Shown here: in pieces, positions 29,145 through 38,701 of the stretch
How positions within the stretch are numbered: position 1 is the stretch's first letter
Layout of the letters: each line of letters opens with the position of its first letter
Assembly: GCA_027355945.1 (NCBI GenBank)
Contig: DAIEHA010000005.1
Coordinates: forward strand, 3,067 to 67,066
Reading direction: 5' to 3'
Length of the DNA stretch: 64,000 nt
Source: Candidatus Parcubacteria bacterium
GTDB lineage: Bacteria > Patescibacteriota > Minisyncoccia > UBA6257 > 2-01-FULL-56-20
Notes under the pieces: model-generated
What the model saw: only the letters and a program-made list of their open reading frames with translations
Database searches by the model: none
Told to the model about the DNA's origin: nothing
Position numbers and translations under genes: made by a program

Positions 29145-30473
29145 TCAGCCCCTCGTGATGTCTGCGCCAAGCTGGCGAAGGCGCTCGTCGATGTGTTCAT
29201 ATCCGCGGTCGATCTCCTCTACCCCATCGATCTCCGAAACGCCCTTCGCAACAAGCGCCGCGAGGATGTCCACGATCCCCGAACGGAGGTCGCGCACCGT
29301 GAGATCCGTCGATTCGAGCGGCCGCGGTCCTTCGATCGAAGCGAAGTGCGGAAATCCCTTTCCCGAGAAACGACACGGGTCATCCGCCGGACAATCCGAT
29401 GAAACGGAGATCTTTGCACCCATCGCATTCAGGTCATTCGCGTATGCAAAACGATCCTCATAGATCGTCTCATGGATCGAGGATGTGCCGTTGGCCTGAG
29501 TAAGCAGCACCGCAAGCGGCTGCTGCCAATCGGTCATGAATCCTGGGTGGACATCGGTACGGATCGTGAGCGGAACGAGATCCCCGTCCTGATCCCCGTC
29601 GCCATCCCCCTTTTTCGTGCGCCAGAACGCAATGCCGTCCTCCGCGACCTCGAACTCCCCTCCGAGGCGCCGCACCGTATTGAGGAACGTGATCAGGTGT
29701 TCCTGAACCGCGCCTTTGAGCTTAATCCTGCCGTCCGTCGCGATCGCAAGGCAGGCGAACGAGACCGCTTCATTGCGATCGGGCATCACGCGATGCGTCG
29801 TGCCGTGGAGCGCGCGCACGCCTTCGATCGTGATCGTCCGCGGAGGCGAAAGCTCGACGATCGCACCCATCTTCTGCAGCAATTTCACAAGATCGATGAT
29901 CTCTGGCTCGAGGGCCGCGTTCCTGATCACCGTCCTTCCCTGTGCAAGCACCGCGGCAAGCATGATATTCTCCGTCGCCCCTACACTGGGGAAGCGAAGA
30001 TCTATCTCCGCACCGCGCAGCCCTCCGTCAGGCGCCCATGCACGGAAGCTTGTCGGCGTCACCTCGATCCTCGCTCCCAGTTTCTCGAACCCCGAAAGAT
30101 GGATATCCACCGGCCGCGGCCCTATTTTATCGCCCCCAAGCACCGGCACCTCGGCCTCGCCGGTCCGCGCAAGAAGCGGTCCGAGCGCGAGGATCGGAAT
30201 ACGGTTCTTCCTTGAAAGCTGCGTGACGCGGTTGTTCTTGATCACCGGCGTCGCGACGCTTGCCGTAGGACCTGCGATCTCCGTCTCGGTGCCGATGGAA
30301 CGCAGAAGTTCATAGACGATCTCAAGCTCACCGATCGCCGGAACACTCTTAAAGATGCATCGCTCCTCGGTGAGCAGCGATGCCACGAACATCTTCGATG
30401 CCGCATTTTTTGCGCCCGCGATCACCACCTCCCCGAAAAGCGGTTTGCCTCCTTTAACGATAAATTTTGCCAT
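29145..30473 (-). CDS. murA: UDP-N-acetylglucosamine 1-carboxyvinyltransferase
   Basis: MAKFIVKGGKPLFGEVVIAGAKNAASKMFVASLL... EPT-fold throughout. Contains an unusual acidic DGDGDQDGD insertion. Confidence 0.9.
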   Translation of the reverse strand: MAKFIVKGGKPLFGEVVIAGAKNAASKMFVASLLTEERCIFKSVPAIGELEIVYELLRSIGTETEIAGPTASVATPVIKNNRVTQLSRKNRIPILALGPLLARTGEAEVPVLGGDKIGPRPVDIHLSGFEKLGARIEVTPTSFRAWAPDGGLRGAEIDLRFPSVGATENIMLAAVLAQGRTVIRNAALEPEIIDLVKLLQKMGAIVELSPPRTITIEGVRALHGTTHRVMPDRNEAVSFACLAIATDGRIKLKGAVQEHLITFLNTVRRLGGEFEVAEDGIAFWRTKKGDGDGDQDGDLVPLTIRTDVHPGFMTDWQQPLAVLLTQANGTSSIHETIYEDRFAYANDLNAMGAKISVSSDCPADDPCRFSGKGFPHFASIEGPRPLESTDLTVRDLRSGIVDILAALVAKGVSEIDGVEEIDRGYEHIDERLRQLGADITRG

Positions 30474-31881
30474 GGAGATACTCGCCGAGTTCAGCTTCCG
30501 GAATGCGCTCCTGCGCTCCCGTATCGCGGTCCCGCACGGTCACCGTACCTTTCTCCGAGGGGTCAGCGCTTTCGCCGAGGGTCCCGAAATCGATCGTGAT
30601 GCAGAACGGCGTCCCGATCTCATCCTGGGCATAATACCGTTTGCCGATATTGCCACGATCGTCCCATGCCACCGGAAAACGCGTACGAAGCCCGCCATAG
30701 ATCGCGCGCGCCCTTTCGACGAGCGCGGGTTTGTTCGCGAGAAGCGGGAACACGGCTGCTTTGTAGGGAGCGATCGCGGGCTTCAGTCTGAGATATGTGC
30801 GATCGCCGTCCTCCGTATACGCATCGAGCATGACCATCGCAAGAAGACGATTTATGCCGACCGCGGGCTCTATCACATGGGGCACGAACTTCCTGCCCGT
30901 CGCGGGATCGGTGTACGAAAGGTCCACACCGGAGGATTTCATATGCTGATTGAGATCGTAATCCGTCCGATATGCGAGTCCCCAAAGCTCCTTGAACCCG
31001 AACGGGAATCTGTATTCGAGGTCCTCGGTGCGCTTGCTATAGAAGCTCCGTTCCTCATCGCCATGTTCGCGCCATCGAAGGTTTTCCTTGCGTACGCCGA
31101 GCGCGCCCGTGATGAACGCCTCCATGTCCCTCTTCCATCCTTCGAAAAGCCCCTTCCAATCGGTCGTCTCGGGATCGAAAAAGTATTCTATCTCCGCCTG
31201 TTCGAACTCGAGCGTCCGGAATATGAAGTTCCCTTTCGTGATCTCGTTGCGGAAGCTTTTGCCAAGCTGTCCCACGCCGAACGGCATGCGGACCCTCGTG
31301 GAATCGATGATATTCTTGAATGCCACGAAGATGCCCTGGGCCGTCTCGCCTCGCAGATACACCTTCGATTGGGCCTCCGGCACGATCCCCACATGCGTCT
31401 CGAAAAGGAGGTTGAACTTGCGCACGGGTGTCCAGTCGAACGAGCCGCACACCGGACACTTGATCGCATTCTCCGCGATGATGGCATCCAATTCCGCCTC
31501 CTGCTTTCCTTCCACACTTACGCTCTCCTGCCGATCCGCGAAATGGTTCTCGATAAGATGGTCCGCGCGGGTGCGGGTATGGCACTTCTTGCATTCGATC
31601 ATCGCATCGGAGAATCCCGACACATGGCCCGATGCTTCCCATACTTTCGGATGGAGGATGATCGATGAATCAAGGCCCACCATGTCGCTTCGGCCATGGA
31701 TGAACGTCTTCCACCATTCGTTCTGGATGTTCCGCTTGAGCTCGGCGCCCACTGGTCCATATTCATAGGAATTCGCAAGACCTCCGTAGATCTCCGATCC
31801 CGGGTACACGAATCCGCGCCGCTTCGAAAGTGCTACGATCTTTTCCATGAGATTGTCCTCCGTTCCTTTCGCGTTTGCCAT
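30454..31881 (-). CDS. glyQS: Glycine--tRNA ligase (dimeric class II type)
   Basis: ...RRGFVYPGSEIYGGLANSYEYGPVGAELKRNI... with class II motifs. Its end overlaps the murA start by 20 nt. Confidence 0.85.
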   Translation of the reverse strand: MANAKGTEDNLMEKIVALSKRRGFVYPGSEIYGGLANSYEYGPVGAELKRNIQNEWWKTFIHGRSDMVGLDSSIILHPKVWEASGHVSGFSDAMIECKKCHTRTRADHLIENHFADRQESVSVEGKQEAELDAIIAENAIKCPVCGSFDWTPVRKFNLLFETHVGIVPEAQSKVYLRGETAQGIFVAFKNIIDSTRVRMPFGVGQLGKSFRNEITKGNFIFRTLEFEQAEIEYFFDPETTDWKGLFEGWKRDMEAFITGALGVRKENLRWREHGDEERSFYSKRTEDLEYRFPFGFKELWGLAYRTDYDLNQHMKSSGVDLSYTDPATGRKFVPHVIEPAVGINRLLAMVMLDAYTEDGDRTYLRLKPAIAPYKAAVFPLLANKPALVERARAIYGGLRTRFPVAWDDRGNIGKRYYAQDEIGTPFCITIDFGTLGESADPSEKGTVTVRDRDTGAQERIPEAELGEYLHGKIYR

Positions 31882-31921
31882 GTATGATGATTCGTTCGTT
31901 TTTTGTATGTCCGGCGTCGTA

Positions 31922-33646
31922 CTACTGCGTCACCGTTCTCGCACTTCCTCCCGCGAGCGACGGCTCATTCGGCAGCGCGGTCGTCACGGGGTCGGTCGTG
32001 ATGGAGAACGATCCCCCGGTCCAGGCATCGTTTGCGGCGAGGGTTGCCTTGCCGAGAAGGGTCACATCGCTGCCTACCTGGTTCACTGCGGGGATATTGC
32101 TGACGGTGAACTGGGCCTCCACGGGAGCATCGGTGATGCCCGTCGTCGCCGGGATGAACGGGATTGTCCAGGTGACGAGGCCGGTGCCCGGATCGTATAC
32201 GGGCACCGATGCGGTCCCCGTGCTTGATGCGGCGCCGATGAACGACGTCCCGGACTGGAGATATGCCGATACGGTGACGCTCGAGGCATCCGTCGCATAA
32301 TTCGTGATCTTCCAGTCGATGCCGTACTGCGATCCCTGATTCACCTTCGGCGGATACGGTCCGGAAAGCCAGTGTCCTTCCGAGACGAACGCCATCTGGC
32401 CCGCGATCTTGTTCGATATCCTCACCACGGAGACCGTGCTCGATCCCGATGCACCTGGTATGACCGTGGGCGATTCTATCCTTCCCGTGACGGATATCGA
32501 ATAATCCTTGTCGCTTGGAAGCCGGATCGGGAAGGATGAAAGCGTCTTGATGTTGAACGATACCGATCCCGTTTGCCCCGGCGCAAGCGATGCGAGCGCG
32601 GGAGCGTTCGCGGCATACCAGGTGATCGTATTCGTCCGCGAATCGAACGCGCCCGACGTCTCGAGCGATCCGAAATCATACATGCGCCCGGAGAGCGCCG
32701 CAGCGATCTTCACGCTCGAAAGCGTCACGGCGGAATTGTTCGTATACGTGAGCGTATAGCTCAGGCTGTCACCGACCTTCGAAACATATTCGCTGCTGCC
32801 ATTCACGCTCAAGGAAAGCGCAAGCGGAGAAGGTACGAGGGTGAAGTTCACCGTCTGCGCATTCGCCGCATACTGCCGCCCATCGAGCGCGGTATAGGCG
32901 GTCCCTTGGAACTGGTACTGGGCCTGCGACGGCCCCACGATCGCGCCCGTGACAACGAAGGAACCTCCCTGTCCCGGGGCGAGCGTACCGACATCCCACG
33001 TACCCGAGGAGAGCCCCGCCACGGTGCCCGTCGCCACCGGAATGCTGCTTGTTGCGAATGTATATGCAGGAGGATATCCAAGTACGATGCGCGCATCCTG
33101 GATAGGCTGCCCTCCGTTGTTCGCATAGGTCACCGCGACCGGGAAGCTCTGTCCACTCACGATGTTCGTCGGCGCAGAATAGCCGAGACTGAATGTCGAG
33201 GGCCCCGGCGTGATGCTCGTGGCCTGATCGGATTCATAGGTCGTCGAAGGGGTCTCCGGGGTGCTGTAGAGAAGCTTGGCGGAGATGGCATACATCTGGG
33301 AAGGGGGGCCCGTCACAATGACCGTCGAACTCTGCGACGCGACCGCACCGGAAGCGATGTCCCCAAGGGAATATTCCTGCACCTGGGTCGAGGGACCGTT
33401 CCCCACGAACTCGATGCCTTGCGGCAGCTGTACGGCCACGACGGCACCCGAAAGGTCCGTCCTCGAATCGTTCGCGGCGCCGAGCGAAAGTGTGAACGGC
33501 ACGCCGACCACCACGCCCGGAGGCGGTGTGATCGTGAATGTCGTCGCCGGCTGGGACGGAGGCTTCAGATAGGCCACGAGAGCGACCGCGACAACCCCTA
33601 TGACCGCGATGCCGATCGCAAAAAGCAAAAGACCCCACCTGCTCAT
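31922..33646 (-). CDS. Large membrane-anchored cell-surface protein with DUF11-like (conserved repeat) Ig-like domains
   Basis: TM anchor MSRWGLLLFAIGIAVIGVVAVALVAY, then about 570 aa of Thr/Ser/Gly-rich beta-repeats (..LSYTLTYTNNSAVTLSSVKIAAAL..). The ORF could extend to 33859, giving a cytoplasmic N-tail. Confidence 0.5.
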   Translation of the reverse strand: MSRWGLLLFAIGIAVIGVVAVALVAYLKPPSQPATTFTITPPPGVVVGVPFTLSLGAANDSRTDLSGAVVAVQLPQGIEFVGNGPSTQVQEYSLGDIASGAVASQSSTVIVTGPPSQMYAISAKLLYSTPETPSTTYESDQATSITPGPSTFSLGYSAPTNIVSGQSFPVAVTYANNGGQPIQDARIVLGYPPAYTFATSSIPVATGTVAGLSSGTWDVGTLAPGQGGSFVVTGAIVGPSQAQYQFQGTAYTALDGRQYAANAQTVNFTLVPSPLALSLSVNGSSEYVSKVGDSLSYTLTYTNNSAVTLSSVKIAAALSGRMYDFGSLETSGAFDSRTNTITWYAANAPALASLAPGQTGSVSFNIKTLSSFPIRLPSDKDYSISVTGRIESPTVIPGASGSSTVSVVRISNKIAGQMAFVSEGHWLSGPYPPKVNQGSQYGIDWKITNYATDASSVTVSAYLQSGTSFIGAASSTGTASVPVYDPGTGLVTWTIPFIPATTGITDAPVEAQFTVSNIPAVNQVGSDVTLLGKATLAANDAWTGGSFSITTDPVTTALPNEPSLAGGSARTVTQ

Positions 33647-33758
33647 GAATGAACGGCGGTGCGGCGGGCGGATCGTAAGCGTCTCATGCCTCGGTTCCGA
33701 TGGATCCTCCCCTTTCGGTGCGTCAGGTCCGGCGCCTTCGCGCGGATCCGCCCCCGAT

Positions 33759-34388
33759 TCAGATGCCTGCGTCCTCGCTTCGGTCCTGGATCGGGCCGTT
33801 CGGGGCAAATTCGGATTTTCCTTGCTCGTCCATATTCCGTTCGGATTGTAAGGGGACATGTAAGGATATTACCGCATTTTGCCTCATTATTGAAGGGAGT
33901 TTGCGCACGCAGGACGCGCAGAAGAAATCCTGCCGTGAAATATAAAAATATGCCCCTGGCCGGATCCCACATGCGCCGCATACGGCATCCTCCGGATCCC
34001 AGCCGAGCACCGCAAGCGCGGCATGCCACGAAAAGCGCCCTTCGATGACCATACGCCAAAGTTCCGGTTCGGGCTGGCCATCCGGAAGCATCATTGCGAG
34101 ACGATCGAGCGCCGTAAACGGAAGGCCTGCGTTCCGCTCCTTCAACGCATCGATGATCTGAGTTCCGTGGACCTCCACGAAACGAACCTTGAGCAGCGTT
34201 CCCGGTTCAAGGTGAGGCGCGAGTTTCGAGGTTATCTTCCGCGAGCTCTTCGTCCTCCCCGCCATCTTACCGAAGCGTTCCGTAAAAAGTACGTAGCGGC
34301 CATCGCTATCGCCCTGGGGATATTTGCGGAGCGAAACCGCTGCGGTCACGTATTCCTGCATACGTGGCCATTGTAGCATATAATGCAT
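33759..34388 (-). CDS. recO: DNA repair protein RecO (short form with C-terminal Cys4 zinc finger)
   Basis: N-terminal OB-fold-like sequence and C-terminal CGACG...CASC cysteine pairs. Confidence 0.55.
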   Translation of the reverse strand: MHYMLQWPRMQEYVTAAVSLRKYPQGDSDGRYVLFTERFGKMAGRTKSSRKITSKLAPHLEPGTLLKVRFVEVHGTQIIDALKERNAGLPFTALDRLAMMLPDGQPEPELWRMVIEGRFSWHAALAVLGWDPEDAVCGACGIRPGAYFYISRQDFFCASCVRKLPSIMRQNAVISLHVPLQSERNMDEQGKSEFAPNGPIQDRSEDAGI

Positions 34389-34451
34389 ACATGCCCTCGT
34401 GGCAGTATCGCTGAAAAAAACGCCTCCCTCATAGCGGGAACATCGAAAAAA

Positions 34452-35333
34452 ATGATCACCGTATCCCAGGCAATCATCCTCGGACTCACCCAGGGAATCT
34501 CCGAACTTTTCCCCATTTCAAGCCTTGGCCACAGCGTGCTCCTGCCGGGATTGCTTGGCTGGAACATCGATCAGCATGCGGAATCATTCCTGGAGTTCCT
34601 CGTCGCAACGCACCTTGCGACCGCGATCGTCCTTTTCATCATTTATTTCAAAGATTGGGTGAGGATCATCAAAGGAATGCTCCGATCCCTTGCCGCGCGG
34701 GAAATAGGCGATGCGGATCCGGACGCAAAGCTCGGCTGGCTCCTTGTCGTAAGCACCATTCCTGCCGGCTTCATCGGCCTCCTCTTGAAGGACCAGATCC
34801 GGGGATTCCTTCTCTCCCCACGGTCCGCCGCTTCATTCCTCATCCTGAACGGCTTGCTTCTCCTCGCCGCCGAATGGATACGGGTGCGCGCCCTCCGCAG
34901 GGGCAGCACCGCGATAGATATCGTCGAACACACCGAGGAGAACGACCATCGCATCGCCTGCCGCCTTTCATGGAGGCAATCGTTCAATGTAGGGATCATG
35001 CAGGTCCTTGCCCTGCTCCCGGGGTTTTCCCGTACCGGCACCACGCTTTCCGGGTCCCTTATGGCGGGACTCTCCCACGAGGACGCGCTTCGTTATTCCT
35101 TCCTGCTTGCAACCCCGATCATCGGCGCCGCGGCCCTCCTTGAGATCCCTCCGCTCCTCGCCTCCCACAACGGGTCCCTTATCGCCGCCTCGCTATGGGG
35201 GGCGGGATTCGCCGCATTCGGCGCCTGGTTTGCCGTGCGATTCCTCACCCGCCATTTCAAGACACACACGCTCCGGCCATTTGCCTTTTACTGCCTCGCC
35301 ATCGGGATCATAGGCCTTCTCGTGATCCGCTGA
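34452..35333 (+). CDS. uppP: Undecaprenyl-diphosphatase
   Basis: VSQAIILGLTQGISELFPISSLGHSV and a C-terminal ...PGFSRTGTT... BacA motif. Confidence 0.85.
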   Translation: MITVSQAIILGLTQGISELFPISSLGHSVLLPGLLGWNIDQHAESFLEFLVATHLATAIVLFIIYFKDWVRIIKGMLRSLAAREIGDADPDAKLGWLLVVSTIPAGFIGLLLKDQIRGFLLSPRSAASFLILNGLLLLAAEWIRVRALRRGSTAIDIVEHTEENDHRIACRLSWRQSFNVGIMQVLALLPGFSRTGTTLSGSLMAGLSHEDALRYSFLLATPIIGAAALLEIPPLLASHNGSLIAASLWGAGFAAFGAWFAVRFLTRHFKTHTLRPFAFYCLAIGIIGLLVIR

Positions 35334-35381
35334 GAGGCCGGGCCTTCCGCGTCCCCTCTCTCAGTGCAGCCTTCCGGCCGA

Positions 35382-35606
35382 TCACTTTTTCTTCCCGCTT
35401 GCGAACCATGCGTAGATCAAGAGTCCCAATCCCACCACGAGCGCCGCGATCCCGTGCTTCACGTGGGGCGTCATCCTCGCTGCCGCATATCCAGGGATAT
35501 AAACGGGGAGCATATCTGCCGGCGTGATCCAGTAATAGACCGCCATACCGATACTTGCGAATCCCGCGATCACCGCGATCACGACCAACAATTTTTTCGT
35601 ATTCAT
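35382..35606 (-). CDS. Small membrane protein (2 TM)
   Basis: MNTKKLLVVIAVIAGFASIGMAVYYW...AALVVGLGLLIYAWFASGKKK. Confidence 0.4.
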   Translation of the reverse strand: MNTKKLLVVIAVIAGFASIGMAVYYWITPADMLPVYIPGYAAARMTPHVKHGIAALVVGLGLLIYAWFASGKKK

Positions 35607-35666
35607 GGTCTCAGCCTAACATAATTGCGCGCGGCGACCAACCCTTTTTCGCCGGAGGGATCTTCC

Positions 35667-35837
35667 CTCACCTCAAGAACCTCATGGAAAAACCGAGGAA
35701 TACGAGGACTATGCCCGCATTCACCATCAATCGCTCCCAGAAGAAGTTCCTGAAGAAAAGCACATCGACCGCCACGATGACGGCCACCATGAGCGCAACG
35801 ACAACGGCAATGGCAAGGGAATGGTTCATCACGATCA
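35667..35837 (-). CDS. Possible small hydrophobic peptide (56 aa), not in the ORF track
   Basis: Manual translation gives MIVMNHSLAIAVVVALMVAVIVAVDVLFFRNFFWERLMVNAGIVLVFLGFSMRFLR. It lies in tandem upstream of the 74-aa membrane protein. Confidence 0.2.
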
Positions 35838-35934
35838 TTATATCCTATTCCGCCACGACGCACGCGGGACCATGCCCGCGCGGTATCATTGACTTTATTA
35901 TGTTTATATAGTTAAATATCCCCGAGGGGGATAT

Positions 35935-36228
35935 ATGAGTTTGATGGTCTTTCTCTGCCTTTGCGGGATCTCCGCATTCGCGCTAGGTGTCATGGGTTCG
36001 TTCTTCAAATATAAATTCAGGATAGGATATGCGAGCATCGTCGTGGGAGCCCTCGCAGGCTTCACGCTCAATGCGCTATTCTCTCACCTGGATGCGAAGG
36101 TCGGCCTCCCCGGTGCGATGTTCTGGGGGGTGATCGTAGTATCCTGCATGTGGCTGTGCGCCCGGTTCGTTGGCTTCATGATATTCGACGTGCGATCGTA
36201 CAATGGACGGTCGCACGGAGATGTCTGA
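35935..36228 (+). CDS. Small membrane protein (3 TM)
   Basis: Hydrophobic ORF only. Confidence 0.3.
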   Translation: MSLMVFLCLCGISAFALGVMGSFFKYKFRIGYASIVVGALAGFTLNALFSHLDAKVGLPGAMFWGVIVVSCMWLCARFVGFMIFDVRSYNGRSHGDV

Positions 36229-36419
36229 TGCCCGAACCCCGCAGGACAGTACCATACCCTAGGGCGTTATGCGGCCGCCCCGAACGCCGCCATCACCAAG
36301 GTCATCACACGATGGCCTTTTATCTTTTTTCCCGGCCTCATTTCACGTTTGCGCGCGAGGACGAGAAGAAGAGCGCTTCGCTCCATTTTTTCGCAGCATA
36401 CGAGGACCCATGAGCCGTC

Positions 36420-37628
36420 TCATTTGAAGGCCGCGATCGCGCCGGCGAGATTGGCGTCTCCCGGAACCGTCCATTGGGGACTGTTCGCCGCCGTGCTTGT
36501 CGCAATGAGATATGCCACGCCGCCATCCATGTCATTCCCATCATGGAGGATGTCCGTGATCGTGAATCCGCCGGTGATCGCGGAGGTCGATGCCGCGGAA
36601 CCGGCGCTTGCATATGCCGCAATAAGCAAGGTTCCCGCCTGCGATGGCGTGACGGTTCCCGGAACTATCGACCCCGTCGACGCAATGCCGCCCTGATCGC
36701 TTCCCGCCGCGAGCGGATCGCTCGTGCTCACCACCCCGGAGAACGCGTCCACGGAGATCCCCTCGTACACCTGCGGGCTGCAGTTGAACGTATCGCTCGC
36801 CCCCGTAAGGGCGTTATATGCATAAAAGAACTGGATCCAGCCGTAGGTGTTCGTTCCGGAGCCATATGTGGTCAATGCATGCCAGGTATTGCCTCCGCTG
36901 TCCGTGACCAGCGTGGAGGTAGGGGCATAGTAATAGCAGGCGACGATAAGGAAATCTGCGCCAAGGGTGTTCGCGGTCACCGTGGGCGTGCTCAGATTGC
37001 TGCCGTGGCTTACGAGGGCTATGGGCGCCAGGCTGCCGGGCGCCATGGAATAATCGACGGGCAAAAGCGTCGTCGCAGTCCCCTGTTCATATAAATTGGC
37101 GTATTGCCCCCCATCCCCCGCGGCGATCGAGGCGTATTTCTGCGACTCCATGCTTGCGGTGAGCTCATACCTCAATCCATTCGTCGCATACGTATAATAG
37201 AGACCCGAACTCGTCGTATTGACGGGGTCCACGGGAAGCGATCCAAAGGGACTTCCTGATGAGATATTGCGGAAATCGAGCAGTAACCATCCGGAACCGC
37301 CTATACCGCGATATCCCGCGCTCCCGCTGCACGAGTAGGCATAATTCGCAGGAAGGGCGATGAGGCCGAGATCTCCGCAGGTACTGCTTGCCGAGGGAAG
37401 GTCCGTGTAGATGACCGATGAGGTTCCGAGACCTCCTGCTGAGATATCCGTCTGATAGATGCCTATTGCCGAATTCAATGTCGCAAGATCGGATACCCGG
37501 TTCGCATCCCGTGATTGCGCAAGCAATTGGGCGGGATTCAGGACGAGGACCACGACGACTGCGAGGATCGCGATGATCGCGATCACGACGAGAAGCTCGA
37601 TGAGGGTGAAGGCCCTACGAGAGTGCAT
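36420..37628 (-). CDS. Type IV pilin-like protein with C-terminal LamG-like/jelly-roll domain (paralog 3)
   Basis: MHSRRAFTLIELLVVIAIIAILAVVVVLVLNPAQLLAQSRDANRVSD N-terminus. This is a third copy of the conserved 5' cassette. Confidence 0.75.
   Translation of the reverse strand: MHSRRAFTLIELLVVIAIIAILAVVVVLVLNPAQLLAQSRDANRVSDLATLNSAIGIYQTDISAGGLGTSSVIYTDLPSASSTCGDLGLIALPANYAYSCSGSAGYRGIGGSGWLLLDFRNISSGSPFGSLPVDPVNTTSSGLYYTYATNGLRYELTASMESQKYASIAAGDGGQYANLYEQGTATTLLPVDYSMAPGSLAPIALVSHGSNLSTPTVTANTLGADFLIVACYYYAPTSTLVTDSGGNTWHALTTYGSGTNTYGWIQFFYAYNALTGASDTFNCSPQVYEGISVDAFSGVVSTSDPLAAGSDQGGIASTGSIVPGTVTPSQAGTLLIAAYASAGSAASTSAITGGFTITDILHDGNDMDGGVAYLIATSTAANSPQWTVPGDANLAGAIAAFK
37455..37628. repeat. 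Conserved 5' pilin cassette, copy 3 of 3
   Basis: See 21540-21712. Confidence 0.8.
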
Positions 37629-37718
37629 GGTCTCATTATACCAGACACAGGGTTCCCCCTTTCCGAAGAATTTTGAAACGGATCCCTTGGAGGCATCGCC
37701 TCCTCACAGCCTTTCTTG

Positions 37719-37802
37719 TGCGTCGGGTAGGATTCGAACCTACGTAGCCCAATGGGCGACAGATTTACAGTCTGTTGCGATTGACCGCTCCGCCACCGAC
37801 GC
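37719..37802 (-). tRNA. tRNA-Tyr (anticodon GTA), long variable arm
   Basis: The reverse complement folds as a cloverleaf: acceptor GCGTCGG/CCGACGC, anticodon stem ACAGA/TCTGT with loop CTGTAAA, long variable arm, and a GGTTCGAATCC T-arm. Confidence 0.8.
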
Positions 37803-37804
37803 GT

Positions 37805-38161
37805 TTATTGCTTCAAAGAAGATCCTTCCTCTTTGTCCTCCATATTCTGCCCTGAAAGCTCTTTGAAATCAATGTTCGTATTCGCATGGTGCTCCTGAGG
37901 CTGCACCTTCCGGAGTCCTTTCGCGATGGAATTGTCGATCTTCAGCACCACTACCTTCGCACGGCGGAGGAATTTCATGAGAAAATTCCCGAACGCGGCA
38001 TCGATCCTCTCAGGAATCTCGGAGTGGGCCCAGCGCTCGATGAAGTTCTTCGCATCCGCCTCGACCCCCGATTCCTCGACGCGCGGCAACGCCCGCACGG
38101 CGACGTAAAGCATTGCGCCAAGGCACACCATGAGTACGAGCGAAAATATGAATTCCACCAT
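37805..38161 (-). CDS. Hypothetical small membrane protein
   Basis: N-terminal TM followed by a charged tail. Confidence 0.3.
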   Translation of the reverse strand: MVEFIFSLVLMVCLGAMLYVAVRALPRVEESGVEADAKNFIERWAHSEIPERIDAAFGNFLMKFLRRAKVVVLKIDNSIAKGLRKVQPQEHHANTNIDFKELSGQNMEDKEEGSSLKQ

Positions 38162-38216
38162 ACGAAGATTCTATCAGAATATGCGAGGGCTTTCCATCGG
38201 AATCCGTTCTCCGGAC

Positions 38217-38678
38217 CTATACCTCCAAGCGGGAAAATCGGTTCACCGACACGTTCTCTCCCACTTTGGCGATGACCTCGCCGATGATGTCCTTTATCGT
38301 CTTCGATTCATCCTTCACATACGGCTGCGCGAGGAGTTCCTCCACCGTTTCCGGTGCCGCCGCCGCAATATGCATCGCGATGTCATGCGCAAGCACCCGG
38401 AACGGCTCCGAACGTACGACGAAATCGGTCTCCGCGCGCACGTCGAGTATCACGCCGATCCGCTCATTATGCACATAGGATTCTATGAGGCCCGCTCCCG
38501 CCTCGCGACCCGCGCGCTTCTCCACCTTTTCAAGACCCTTTTCCGCAAGGATCTTCTTTGCATGATCGAGATCGCCCCCGGCCTCCAAAAGCGCCTTCCG
38601 GCAATCCATGACGCCGGCACCAGTCACCTCTCTCAGTTTCTGCACCGCTTCCGCGGTAACCTTGTTCGCGTCCGCCAT
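38217..38678 (-). CDS. tsf: Elongation factor Ts (short form)
   Basis: N-terminal TGAGVMDCRKAL UBA-like motif. It sits downstream of rpsB. Confidence 0.8.
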   Translation of the reverse strand: MADANKVTAEAVQKLREVTGAGVMDCRKALLEAGGDLDHAKKILAEKGLEKVEKRAGREAGAGLIESYVHNERIGVILDVRAETDFVVRSEPFRVLAHDIAMHIAAAAPETVEELLAQPYVKDESKTIKDIIGEVIAKVGENVSVNRFSRLEV

Positions 38679-38701
38679 GATATTTGATTTTAAAAAATTA
38701 A

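Noticed and set aside
21540-37628. CRISPR array or IS element suggested by the thrice-repeated ~130-170-nt segment
   Set aside because: The repeats are the coding 5' ends of three pilin paralogs. They are 1.2 and 13.5 kb apart with no short regular repeat-spacer periodicity and no transposase or inverted terminal repeats.
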